A stretch of DNA of 64,000 bases, taken from contig PLFX01000043.1 in NCBI GenBank assembly GCA_003138355.1, forward strand, positions 53,848 to 117,847, read 5' to 3'. A program made the position numbers and the translations under genes. This DNA comes from Solirubrobacterales bacterium. GTDB lineage: Bacteria; Actinomycetota; Thermoleophilia; Solirubrobacterales; Solirubrobacteraceae. Of the stretch, positions 18,875-27,966 are shown in pieces (position 1 is the first letter of the stretch; each line of letters begins with the position of its first letter). The notes beneath the pieces are model-generated. The model ran no database searches, had not been told where the DNA came from, and saw only the letters and a program-made list of their open reading frames with translations.

Positions 18875-20295
18875 CGGCCGGCCGGCAGCAGCTCGCGCGC
18901 CACCGCCACGTCGTCGAAGGGGACCTTGCGCCCGCCCGCGAACTCTTGGCCCTGTTCGTGGCCCTTGCCGGCGATTACGACGACGTCGCCCGCCTGCGCG
19001 AGCTCGATCGCACGGGCGATCGCGGCACGACGCTCGACGATCGCCTCGACCGCGTGCGCGCCGTCGGGCCTGGTGCCCGCGAGGATCTCATCGACGATCG
19101 CCTCCGGCTCCTCCGAGCGGGGGTTGTCGGAGGTCACGATCGTGACCTCCGCGAGGCGCGTCGCGATCGCGCCCATCTGCGGACGCTTGCCGCGGTCGCG
19201 ATCGCCGCCGCAGCCGAAGACGGCGATCACCCGCCCGCTGGTCAGGTTGCGAGCCGCGGTGAGCACGTTCGCGAGCGAGTCGGGCGTGTGGGCGTAGTCG
19301 ACGAGAACTGCGAATGGCTGGCCCTCGTCGAGCGCCTGAAAGCGCCCGGGCGCCGGTGTGGCCCGTGCGAGCGCCGTCGAGATCACAGCGAGCGGGACGC
19401 CCAGCTGGTGGGCGACAGCCAGCGCACCGAGGGCGTTCGCGGCATTGAAGGCCCCAGGCAGCCGCGTGCGGATCACGATCTCCCCATCCGGGGTCTGGGC
19501 GGTGAAGCTACCGTCGGCGATGCCCGAACGTAGGTGGCTCGCAACGTAGTCGGCGCGCGCGTGGAGGGCAAAGCCGAGCGCGGCGGGGAAGTCTTTCTTC
19601 AAGCGACGCCCATAGGGGTCGTCGAGGTTGACGATCGCAATCCTCGGAGCGGCCTCGAAGAGCCGGCGCTTGGCCGCGAAGTAGTCCTCCATCGTCGGGT
19701 GAAAGTCGAGGTGGTCCTGGGTCAGGTTCGTGAAGAGCGCGGCCTCGAAGTGGATCGCATCGGCGCGATGGAGCGCGAGGGCGTGCGAGGAGACCTCCAT
19801 CGCGCAGGCCTCATCACCGGCGTCGAGCATCGCCGCAAACGACGCTTGGAGGTCGATCGCCTCGGGCGTCGTGTGGATCACCTGACCGTCGCGGCCGCCG
19901 ATCACCGACTTGACGGTGCCAAGCAGCGCGGTCCTGATTCCGCCGGCCTCGAGCAGCTGCCGGATCAGGAACGTGGAGGTCGTCTTGCCGTTCGTGCCGG
20001 TGACGCCGATCACGCGGAGCTTCGCGCTCGGGTCTCCGTTGAAGCGCGCAGCGAACACGGCCATCGCCTCGCGGGTCGAGGCGACCTGAACCTCCGGAAC
20101 GCCGAGGCCGAGCGGTCGCTCGACGACAAGCGCCGCGGCGCCCTGCGCGACCGCTTGCGCGGCGTGGTCGTGACCGTCGCGCTGCCCCCCAGGGACGGCG
20201 AAGAACAGCGCGCCCGGGGCGACGCTGTGGCTGTCGTAGGCGAGCGCGGTGATCTCGACCGGCGGGGACCCTTCGCTCAAATCGGAGAGCAACAT
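18871..20295 (-). CDS. murE: UDP-N-acetylmuramoyl-L-alanyl-D-glutamate--2,6-diaminopimelate ligase
   Basis: 474 aa. Contains 'VTGTNGKTTSTFL' and the 'DNPRSE' motif. Confidence 0.92.
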   Translation of the reverse strand: MLLSDLSEGSPPVEITALAYDSHSVAPGALFFAVPGGQRDGHDHAAQAVAQGAAALVVERPLGLGVPEVQVASTREAMAVFAARFNGDPSAKLRVIGVTGTNGKTTSTFLIRQLLEAGGIRTALLGTVKSVIGGRDGQVIHTTPEAIDLQASFAAMLDAGDEACAMEVSSHALALHRADAIHFEAALFTNLTQDHLDFHPTMEDYFAAKRRLFEAAPRIAIVNLDDPYGRRLKKDFPAALGFALHARADYVASHLRSGIADGSFTAQTPDGEIVIRTRLPGAFNAANALGALAVAHQLGVPLAVISTALARATPAPGRFQALDEGQPFAVLVDYAHTPDSLANVLTAARNLTSGRVIAVFGCGGDRDRGKRPQMGAIATRLAEVTIVTSDNPRSEEPEAIVDEILAGTRPDGAHAVEAIVERRAAIARAIELAQAGDVVVIAGKGHEQGQEFAGGRKVPFDDVAVARELLPAGR

Positions 20296-20530
20296 CGAGC
20301 CCAGTCTATGGCGGTCCTCCCGCGGCGGGCGCGAAGCCGAGAACGCGACGGACGCAGCGTTCGCGGCGACCCGGCGGGCTTGGCACGCGGGCCGCGCGAG
20401 CGCCGCAGGCGTCGGCGTGACGCGGTCCGGCTAGGCTTGACGGATACGCGATCCGGATGACTCCGCTGCCAGCCGGCCTCGCGCGGAAGCGGACGCGCCG
20501 GAGCCGCCGGCGCGGCGCTCGCGCGCAACG

Positions 20531-22168
20531 GTGGTCGTCGGCCTGGCGCTTGCCGTCGCCGTATTGATCATCGCCATCGCGCTCGCGATCGGCCCGCCTC
20601 GAGGCTCCAATCCGGCCGCATCAGCGGGTGCAGCGTCCGCCCTTGCATCCAACCCGAACGTCGATCCCGGCACCGCGATCTCGGGGCCGGCGCCGGACTT
20701 CACGCTCACCAACCAGTTCGGGCGCGAGGTGTCGCTGCGCTCGCTGCGCGGCCACGTCGTCGTTCTCGCGTTCACGGACGCTGTGTGCACGACCGTCTGC
20801 CCGCTGACGACGACGTCGATGGTCGATGCGAAGGCGCTGGTCGGTCGCGCGGGTGATGGTGTTGACCTGATCGGGATCGATGCCAACCCGACGGCGACGG
20901 CCGTGAAATGGGTTCGCGCCTATTCGCTGGCGCACGGGATGGCGCACCAGTGGCAGTTCCTCACGGGCTCACTGCGGACGCTGCGCCGGGTCTGGGCGGC
21001 CTACCACATACTGGTTCAGATCCAGGCCGGGCAGATCGACCACACGCCCGCGCTCTACGTGATCGACGCGAAAGGCCGGCTGGCGGAGATCTATGAGACG
21101 CAGATGGCCTACTCGAGCGTCGCACAGCAGGCGCAGGTCCTGGCGCACGAGATCTCGAGCCTCTTGCCGCGCCACCCGCGCGTGCGCTCGTCGTTGGCCT
21201 ACACGACGGTCGCGCCGCTCGGGCCGGCGCTGCGAGTCAGCTTGCCGCGCTCGGGCGGAGGATCGGTCCGCCTTGGCCCCGATGGGGCGCCGCGCTTATA
21301 CGTGTTCTTCGCGAGCTGGCTGCGCGAGACCGGGAACCTCGCCGGCGAGCTCGACTCGCTGCGCGCGTACACCGCACAAGCGCGGCGGCGCGACCTGCCG
21401 GGACTGACCGGCGTCGATGAGGCGAGCGTCGAGCCCTCCCCACAGGCGCTCGGAGGACTCCTCGCGACGTTGCCCGAGCGCCTCAACTACCCGGTTGCCA
21501 TCGACACCAGCGGGCGCGTGGCGGATGGCTACGCGGTGGCGGACCAGCCTTGGTTCGTGCTCGTGTCGCGCAAGGGGAAGATCCTCTGGTATTGGGACGG
21601 CTCGACGCAGGGCTGGCTGAGCACGGCGCAGCTGATCGAGCACGTGCGCGAAGGCCTCGCGGCGCGCCCGACGATCAAGGCGCCGACGGCAAGCCAGGCG
21701 CCCGTCGCGCTCGCGGGCTCGCCCGCGCCGCTCGCGGCGCTCCACCGTCAAGCGAGCCAGCTGCTCGGCGGCGAGGGCGCGCTCGCGGCGAGGATTCGCG
21801 CGCTGCACGGCTACCCGGTCGTCCTCGACGCGTGGGCTCAGTGGTGCGACGCCTGCCGCGCCGAGTACAAGTACTTCGCGAGCGCCTCAGTCCAGTACGG
21901 CCGCAAGGTGGCGTTCGTCGGCGTCGACGCCCTCGATCCCTCAGCCGGCCAGGCGCACGCCTACCTTGCCTCCCACCCGTTGAGCTACCCGAGCTATCGC
22001 AGCCCCACTGGCAGCATGCCCGTCGGCCCCGGTATCTACGCTCTGCCGACGACAATCTTCATCGATGCGGCCGGCAAGGTGACGTGCGTGGTTCCCGGCC
22101 AGTACGACTCGCAGGGCGCGCTCGATGGTCAGGTCCAAAGCTGCGCGCTCGACGGACGCTCAAGCTAG
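20531..22168 (+). CDS. membrane-anchored triple thioredoxin-fold redoxin (SCO1/SenC-like + Cys-less TlpA-like + TlpA-like CxxC)
   Basis: 545 aa with an N-terminal TM segment (VVGLALAVAVLIIAIALAI).
- Domain 1: 'VVVLAFTDAVCTTVCPLTT ... HTPALYVID', an SCO-type CxxxCP plus His.
- Domain 2: 'LYVFFASWLRET', a thioredoxin fold without Cys.
- Domain 3: 'VVLDAWAQWCDACRAEY', a WCxxC motif.
It is the only plus-strand gene inside the dcw cluster. Confidence 0.75.
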   Translation: MVVGLALAVAVLIIAIALAIGPPRGSNPAASAGAASALASNPNVDPGTAISGPAPDFTLTNQFGREVSLRSLRGHVVVLAFTDAVCTTVCPLTTTSMVDAKALVGRAGDGVDLIGIDANPTATAVKWVRAYSLAHGMAHQWQFLTGSLRTLRRVWAAYHILVQIQAGQIDHTPALYVIDAKGRLAEIYETQMAYSSVAQQAQVLAHEISSLLPRHPRVRSSLAYTTVAPLGPALRVSLPRSGGGSVRLGPDGAPRLYVFFASWLRETGNLAGELDSLRAYTAQARRRDLPGLTGVDEASVEPSPQALGGLLATLPERLNYPVAIDTSGRVADGYAVADQPWFVLVSRKGKILWYWDGSTQGWLSTAQLIEHVREGLAARPTIKAPTASQAPVALAGSPAPLAALHRQASQLLGGEGALAARIRALHGYPVVLDAWAQWCDACRAEYKYFASASVQYGRKVAFVGVDALDPSAGQAHAYLASHPLSYPSYRSPTGSMPVGPGIYALPTTIFIDAAGKVTCVVPGQYDSQGALDGQVQSCALDGRSS

Positions 22169-22188
22169 AGCAGCGGCCAAGGCAAGGC

Positions 22189-23835
22189 TCAGCTCGGCGG
22201 GATCGCCATGTAGCGCAGCGCCCAGCTCATGATGTCCTCCCAGGCGTGTGCCGGCGCGTCGGTCCCGTAGATCGCACCGTCCTGGGGCTGATCGACGACG
22301 ACGGTCACCTCGACCTTCGGGTGCTCGGCGGGTGCGAAGCCGACGAACGAGGCCACGTATTTCGTGTGCGAATAGATGCCGTTCACGGCGATGTTCGCGG
22401 TGCCGGTCTTCCCGGCGAGGGTGTAGCCGGGGATCGAGATCTCTGACGCGGTGCCGTTCGGCGCGAGCGGCGCCTCGAGGATCTTGCGCATCTCGGCGGC
22501 CACCTGCGGACTGAGGATCCGATGGCCCCGCGGGGTTCGGACGGCTTCGCCGCCGACCGCGGCAACGACGTGCGGCGGGCGCAGAACGCCGCCGTCGGCG
22601 ATCGCGGCGTAGGCAGTGGCGAGCTGGATCGGCGTGACCGACTCGCCCTGGCCGAACGGCAGGTTGCCCATCGAGAAGTTGTTGTAGTCGCTGAGTGGCG
22701 GGATCAGACCCTGCTCCTCGCCCGGAACGTCGATCCCGGTCGGGGCGCCGAAGCCGAAGCGACGCGTCCACTGATAGAAGCGGTTCTCGCCGAGGAGCTG
22801 GCCGATCTCGACGGCGCCGATGTTGCTCGACTGCCCGACGATGCCGGCCGTTGTGAGCGTCTCGTTGCCGTGCGGCTCCGAGTCGTTGATCGTCCGCCCG
22901 TCGAACTGCAGGGCGGCAGGGATCTGGAAGGTCGTGTTCGGCGTGATCAGTCCGTCCGAGAGGGCGCCGCCGACGGCGACGATCTTGAAGGTGGAGCCTG
23001 GCTCGTAGTTCATCGCGATGGCGCTATCGATCCAGTTGCGCCCGCCGCCAGGGCTCGACGGGTTGGCGCTTGGCCAGTTCGCGAGCGCGAGCACGGCACC
23101 GGTGCGCGGGTCGCTGACGATCCCGGTCGAGCTGTACGGCGAGAAGCGCGAGCCGACGGAGGCGAGCACCGACTCGACCTCCTGCTGGAGCGGCGCGTCG
23201 ATCGTGAGCCGCAGCGACGCCCCGGTCCTTGCCTGGCGCAGCACGTCGACGCTGATCGGCTTACCGTCGCCGGCGTAGACGACACGCGTCTTTCCGCTGG
23301 ACCCCGCGAGCGCCCGATCGTAGGCGGCCTCGAGCCCGGCAGCGCCACTCCCGTTCGAGTGCATGCCGCCGAGCAGCTGGCCGGCAAGCGAACCGAACGG
23401 GTAATAGCGGATGTTGTCTGTCGCGAGCGCGATCCCGTTGATCCCCAGCGACTCGATCCGCTGCGCCGTGGCTGCCGGGACCTGGCGGGCGAGGTACTGG
23501 TTGCTGTTGGGGTGCTGCTCGAGCTTGAGCGCGAGCGCGGCGGAGCTCTCGTGCAGGAGCGGCGCCAGCTTGGCGGCGGCGGTCGCGGGATAGCTGACGC
23601 GGTAGGCCTCGATGTCATCCCCCGGCTCGCTGAGTGCGAGTGCTCTGCCGCTCGCGTCGACGATTGCGCCGCGCATCGCCGGCTGCACGAGGATCCGCAC
23701 CTCATTGCTCTGGGCGAGGTCGCTGAGGTGGGTGCCCTGGAGCATGCCGAGGTCGGCGGTGCGGAGCGCGGCGATCAGCAGCAGGGCGGCGAAGGAGGCG
23801 AACAGCAGGCGCAGCCGGCGCTGCGCGAGGACCAT
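22189..23835 (-). CDS. ftsI: penicillin-binding protein 2/FtsI-type transpeptidase
   Basis: 548 aa. N-terminal TM segment, PBP dimerisation region, and active-site motifs 'STFK', 'SSN' and 'KTGT'. Lies after ftsL in the dcw cluster. Confidence 0.88.
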   Translation of the reverse strand: MVLAQRRLRLLFASFAALLLIAALRTADLGMLQGTHLSDLAQSNEVRILVQPAMRGAIVDASGRALALSEPGDDIEAYRVSYPATAAAKLAPLLHESSAALALKLEQHPNSNQYLARQVPAATAQRIESLGINGIALATDNIRYYPFGSLAGQLLGGMHSNGSGAAGLEAAYDRALAGSSGKTRVVYAGDGKPISVDVLRQARTGASLRLTIDAPLQQEVESVLASVGSRFSPYSSTGIVSDPRTGAVLALANWPSANPSSPGGGRNWIDSAIAMNYEPGSTFKIVAVGGALSDGLITPNTTFQIPAALQFDGRTINDSEPHGNETLTTAGIVGQSSNIGAVEIGQLLGENRFYQWTRRFGFGAPTGIDVPGEEQGLIPPLSDYNNFSMGNLPFGQGESVTPIQLATAYAAIADGGVLRPPHVVAAVGGEAVRTPRGHRILSPQVAAEMRKILEAPLAPNGTASEISIPGYTLAGKTGTANIAVNGIYSHTKYVASFVGFAPAEHPKVEVTVVVDQPQDGAIYGTDAPAHAWEDIMSWALRYMAIPPS

Positions 23836-23838
23836 CGG

Positions 23839-24600
23839 TTAGCCCCCCGCCGCCGATCCGGGCGCCGCGCTACCGCCGCCGGCGCCGGCCGCGGTGCTCG
23901 TCGTCGTGACTGGCGGTGCCTGTGTCGAGCCGGCGCTCGTCTGACCGGTTTGCGTTCCGGCGGAAGTCTGCGTGGTCGTGGTGACCGGCTGGCCGGCGGA
24001 CGTGCCGGCGGTGCTCGCCGTGCTCTCGGCGGCGGTGCTCACGGTGGTCCCCGTGCCCGCGACTGCGCCGGCGTTCGAGAGCGGGGCGGTCAGCGCGGAG
24101 GGCGGCGCGCTCGAGACCAGCGGTGCGGTCGGTCGCGTGATCGACGCGGCTGCGATCGCCGCTTGCCCCGCACCCGCCCTCAGATACACGAGGTCGCCCG
24201 CCGGCGGATAGACCATCCCAAGCTTCGCCGCGGTGGTCGCGATGTCGCCGCCCGGCTGGAGGCGTGCGATCTGCGTCTCCGCGCTTTGGTTTGACTGCTC
24301 GAGTTGCTGGATACGCGTCACCGACGCGCCGATGCTCGCGCCAAGGCGCAGGATCGTGACCTGCATCGCGACGATTCCGAGCAATGCGACGCCGACGATG
24401 GCGATCCAGACGCGTCCGCGGAGCAGGCGCTCGAGGACCGGGGCGTCAAGGAGGCGGGCGAGCGTGCCCCGGCGCGGCGCCGTGAGCGGGCGGCGCACCG
24501 GACCCGAGACCCGGCGCGGGGCCGATGGCCGTGGCAGCGGTGCGGGAACGCGATCGGGAAGCGCGCGCGCCGGCGCCGCTGCGACGGCCTGGCGGCTCAC
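23839..24600 (-). CDS. ftsL: FtsL-like cell division protein with Thr/Ser/Ala/Gly-rich extracytoplasmic tail
   Basis: Start placed at GTG 24600, giving a GTGA overlap with the rsmH stop. Has one TM segment (VWIAIVGVALLGIVAMQV), the coiled-coil 'RIQQLEQSNQSAETQIARLQ', and 'KLGMVYPPAGDLVYL'. Lies in the mraZ-rsmH-ftsL-ftsI position. Confidence 0.7.
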   Translation of the reverse strand: MSRQAVAAAPARALPDRVPAPLPRPSAPRRVSGPVRRPLTAPRRGTLARLLDAPVLERLLRGRVWIAIVGVALLGIVAMQVTILRLGASIGASVTRIQQLEQSNQSAETQIARLQPGGDIATTAAKLGMVYPPAGDLVYLRAGAGQAAIAAASITRPTAPLVSSAPPSALTAPLSNAGAVAGTGTTVSTAAESTASTAGTSAGQPVTTTTQTSAGTQTGQTSAGSTQAPPVTTTSTAAGAGGGSAAPGSAAGG

Positions 24601-25559
24601 TGGCCGAGCTCCAGCTTGCGCGCGCTTCGTAGACGGGCACTGCCGGCGCGCGGGTTGGTCGCGAGCTCGCCGGCACTCGCGAAGATCGCACGCCGGCGCG
24701 GCAACTCGGCCTCCGGCTGACGGCCGCAGACGCAGACCGGGAACTCGGGGGGGCAGCTGCAGCCGCTCGCCCGCTCGGCGAGGAACTGCTTCACGCGCCG
24801 GTCCTCGAGCGAGTGGAATGAGATCGCCGCGAGGCGACCACCCGGTGCCAGCAGCTGCCAAGCGAGCGGCAGCGCGGCATCGAGCTGACCGAGCTCATCG
24901 TTGACGGCGATCCGGATCGCCTGGAAGGTCCGCTTCGCGGGGTGGCCGGCGGCGAAGCGAGCCGGCGCGGGCTGCGCGCCGGACACGATCTCGACGAGCT
25001 GGAGCGTCGTCTCGATCGGCGCGTGCGCGCGCGCAAGCGCGATCGCGTGGGCGACGCGTCGCGCGTAACGCTCTTCGCCGTAGTCGCGGAAGATCTGTGC
25101 GAGCCGACGCTCGTCCCATTCGTTCACGATCTCGCGCGCGTCGAGCGATTGGCGCGGGTCCATTCGCATGTCGAGCGGCGCATCGTAGGAGTAGGAGAAG
25201 CCGCGCTCGCGGGTGTCGATCTGCATCGACGAAGCCCCGAGATCGAAGTAGACGGCGTCGGCTTCGAGGCCCTCGTCGCGCAACGTCCGCAGTCCTTCGA
25301 CGAAGGACGCAGCGATGAAGCGCGTGCCGGCGTCGACCTCCTCGGCGAGGCTCGCGAAGCGCTCGGCGGCGACCGGATCGCGATCGATCCCGATCAGCGT
25401 GCCCGCGGCCCCGATGCGCTGCGCCGCGAGGCGCGCGTGGCCACCGCCACCCGCGGTCGCATCGACGACGGTCGCCCCCGGGGCGAGCTCGAGCGCGGCG
25501 ATCAGCTCGCCGGCGAGCACGGGGACGTGCGTTGCGGTCATGTCAAGCAGTGTTGCCAA
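24597..25559 (-). CDS. rsmH: 16S rRNA (cytosine1402-N4)-methyltransferase
   Basis: 320 aa. Contains 'HVPVLAGEL', 'DATAGGGGHA' and 'FDLGASSMQID'. Confidence 0.95.
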   Translation of the reverse strand: MATLLDMTATHVPVLAGELIAALELAPGATVVDATAGGGGHARLAAQRIGAAGTLIGIDRDPVAAERFASLAEEVDAGTRFIAASFVEGLRTLRDEGLEADAVYFDLGASSMQIDTRERGFSYSYDAPLDMRMDPRQSLDAREIVNEWDERRLAQIFRDYGEERYARRVAHAIALARAHAPIETTLQLVEIVSGAQPAPARFAAGHPAKRTFQAIRIAVNDELGQLDAALPLAWQLLAPGGRLAAISFHSLEDRRVKQFLAERASGCSCPPEFPVCVCGRQPEAELPRRRAIFASAGELATNPRAGSARLRSARKLELGQ

Positions 25560-25983
25560 GTGCCGGCCTGATGTCTCGGACTTTCTCGGTCAGCTCGTCG
25601 TTCACGCGCGCCCAGGTGTCACGCGACCAGACCTCGAGCCGGTTGGTGACGCCGTTGACGACGACGTCCTTCGCGATCCTTGCGCCCTCGAGCATCCGGA
25701 CCGGGACGATCACGCGACCGGCCCCGTCGATCTCGGCGTCGTGCGAGTTCGCGCCGTAGAAGCGCGCGAGCGCCTCGCGCTCCTCCGACAGCGGATGGCA
25801 CGCGCTGAGCAGGGTCTCGACGTAGGCGTCGAACTCCGGCGTCGACCAGATCGAGACGCAGTCGCCGACGTCGCGCATGCGAGCGAGCGTCACGCCCTCG
25901 GCGAAGCGTCCGCGGAACTTTGCCGGAATCGTCAGCCGGTTCTTGGAATCGAGGGTGAATTCGAACGATCCGCGGAAAGCCAC
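25543..25983 (-). CDS. mraZ: division/cell wall cluster transcriptional regulator MraZ
   Basis: 146 aa with duplicated SpoVT/AbrB-like halves: 'FTLDSKNRLTIPAKFR' and 'IDGAGRVIVPVRM'. Confidence 0.95.
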   Translation of the reverse strand: MAFRGSFEFTLDSKNRLTIPAKFRGRFAEGVTLARMRDVGDCVSIWSTPEFDAYVETLLSACHPLSEEREALARFYGANSHDAEIDGAGRVIVPVRMLEGARIAKDVVVNGVTNRLEVWSRDTWARVNDELTEKVRDIRPALGNTA

Positions 25984-26067
25984 GTGTGGTCCCCATGTGC
26001 CGGGTCAAAAGGTCGAACCGGGCTGGAAGGGGCGGGAGGAACCCCTCCAGCCAGGTTCGCTGGCGCG

Positions 26068-26130
26068 AGCATGTCCCATTTCCCCCCACTTGTCAATACC
26101 TGCACCACACCCTGTCCCACCGCACACCAC
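26068..26130 (-). promoter_or_regulatory. candidate Pmra promoter with phased GTGG-type (MraZ-box-like) repeats
   Basis: Minus-strand reading: GTGGTGTGCG|GTGGGACAGG|GTGTGGTGCA|GGTATTGACA|AGTGGGGGGA|AATGGGACAT|GCT.
- Three GTGK boxes are spaced exactly 10 nt apart (26130, 26120, 26110).
- TTGACA (26096-26091) is followed by 17 nt and CATGCT (26073-26068).
- Two more TGGG boxes lie in the spacer. Confidence 0.4.
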
Positions 26131-26188
26131 TGATCCTGCCCTTTGCCCCCTCGTCCCCCGCCGAACCCGCCGGTAGAGTTCCGTTGGC

Positions 26189-27877
26189 TTGTCCGCAAGC
26201 CAGACCGCGGTGTACGACCACAGGGGAGCCGAAATGCCCAGTGCCAGCGCCGATGCGTCAGGCGATCGATGGACGACGCGCAGCACGCCTCGGGCGCCGC
26301 GCCGGGGACGCAGGGCCGCCGGAGCGCTCGTGGTTGGTGCGCTCGCGCTGAGCCTCGCGGGCTGCTTCGGGTCCTCGTCCTCGAACTCGAGCCTTCCGGG
26401 CGCCGACCCGGCGAGCGTCGTGCCGTCCTCTGCGCTCGCCTACGCGCAAGCCGTGATCCGCCCCACCGGCAAGCTCGCCCGTGACATCAACGCGGCCTCC
26501 GAGCGGCTGCTCGGGATCGCCAACCCCGGGGCGCAGCTGGACGGGCTGATCGACAAGTCGGCACAAGGTGGCGTCAGCTACGAGAAGAGCATTCGACCGT
26601 GGCTGGGCGCGCGGGCCGGCGTCGCGCTGCTGAGCGTCGGCAGCGGTCACGCCGAGGCGGTCGTCGTGCTCGACCAGACCGACGACGCGAAGGCGCGGGC
26701 AGCCCTCTCGACGCACGTGCTCTTCCAGACCAACGGGAAGCCCGACACCACGACGACCGGCAGCTACCGCGGCGTCAGCTACGTCGATGACCAGACCGCG
26801 CAGTCCGTCACCGGGGTGGTTGGCCAGTTCGTCGTGATCGCCAACAACTCGGCGGCCTTTGACGCCACGGTCGACGTCGAGAAGGGCGCGAGCTCGCTCG
26901 CGTCGGCCGGCAACTACCAGGACTCGCTCGGCCAGACCCTGAGCGACTCGGCCGGAACCGCGTACGCGGCCCTCGGGCGCCTGGTCGCCCTGATCCCGGC
27001 GAGCGGCGTCGCGAGCTCCGCGCTATCGCTCGTGAAAGGCTTGGTCGGCAACGAGATCCTCTACGGCTCGGCGCGCTTTGACGCGAGCGGCGCGCTCCTC
27101 GACCTCGGTTCGCTCGACGCGCCAAAGAGCTCGTCGTCGAGTCCCTCCACGCCCGAGACGAACCCGATCGGAAGCCTGCCCGCGGATTCGTGGGTTGCGA
27201 TCGGCGCAACGAACGTCGGGCCTTCGTTGCTCAAGGGCCTCGCGTCAGTGGAAAAGCTCGCCGGCGGGGGGACGGTCAACCTGTCGCAGTCGCTCGCTGA
27301 GATCCAGCTAGCGACGGGGATCAACATCCAAGCTGATCTCGGTTCGATCACGACGGCCGGCTTCTTCGTCGACGGCGCGAGCACCGCGTCGCCGCAGGCG
27401 GCACTCGAGCTCGGGCTCACCGACCCGTCGCGAGCCTCGACGATCCTCGGCCAGATCTACAAGCTCGCGACGCTGATCACGAGTACGACGCGGAGCGTCT
27501 CCGTCGGTTCCTTGACGGCCGGGTCGCCGAGCTCGTTCACGCTCAGCATCTCGGGCTTCCCCGACAAGCTCGTGATCGCGGCGGCGTCCGGAAAGATCAT
27601 CGTCGCACTCGGGCAGAGCTCGCTGAGCGCCGCCGTCGCGAACGGTCCGACGCTCGCCGGCAGCGCCGGGTTCAAGGGCTCCGGCGCGCTCCTCGGAAGC
27701 GGCATCCAGCCGGTCGCCTACGTCGATCTCGCGCGGTTCGCGACACTCGTTCAGGGCGTGAGCCCGAGCACGCCAAACGCGGTCGACGGGTACTTGAAAC
27801 GGCTCGGCTCAGTCGCGATTGGCGCGGGCAAGATCAGCGGTTCCGAGCACGTTCGCGTGGCCGTCAGGGGCAGCTAG
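26189..27877 (+). CDS. hypothetical secreted lipoprotein (possibly DUF3352-like)
   Basis: 562 aa. Signal peptide with lipobox 'ALALSLAGCFGSSSS'. Ser/Ala/Gly-rich, with no catalytic motif recognised. The start could be the internal Met16. Confidence 0.55.
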   Translation: MSASQTAVYDHRGAEMPSASADASGDRWTTRSTPRAPRRGRRAAGALVVGALALSLAGCFGSSSSNSSLPGADPASVVPSSALAYAQAVIRPTGKLARDINAASERLLGIANPGAQLDGLIDKSAQGGVSYEKSIRPWLGARAGVALLSVGSGHAEAVVVLDQTDDAKARAALSTHVLFQTNGKPDTTTTGSYRGVSYVDDQTAQSVTGVVGQFVVIANNSAAFDATVDVEKGASSLASAGNYQDSLGQTLSDSAGTAYAALGRLVALIPASGVASSALSLVKGLVGNEILYGSARFDASGALLDLGSLDAPKSSSSSPSTPETNPIGSLPADSWVAIGATNVGPSLLKGLASVEKLAGGGTVNLSQSLAEIQLATGINIQADLGSITTAGFFVDGASTASPQAALELGLTDPSRASTILGQIYKLATLITSTTRSVSVGSLTAGSPSSFTLSISGFPDKLVIAAASGKIIVALGQSSLSAAVANGPTLAGSAGFKGSGALLGSGIQPVAYVDLARFATLVQGVSPSTPNAVDGYLKRLGSVAIGAGKISGSEHVRVAVRGS

Positions 27878-27966
27878 CAGAGGCTGAAAGAAAGCATGCA
27901 CCGTGTCTGCGCAAGGAGGAATCACGCATATGATCCCGACGGGCCGCCGATGGCCCAATTTGGGTC

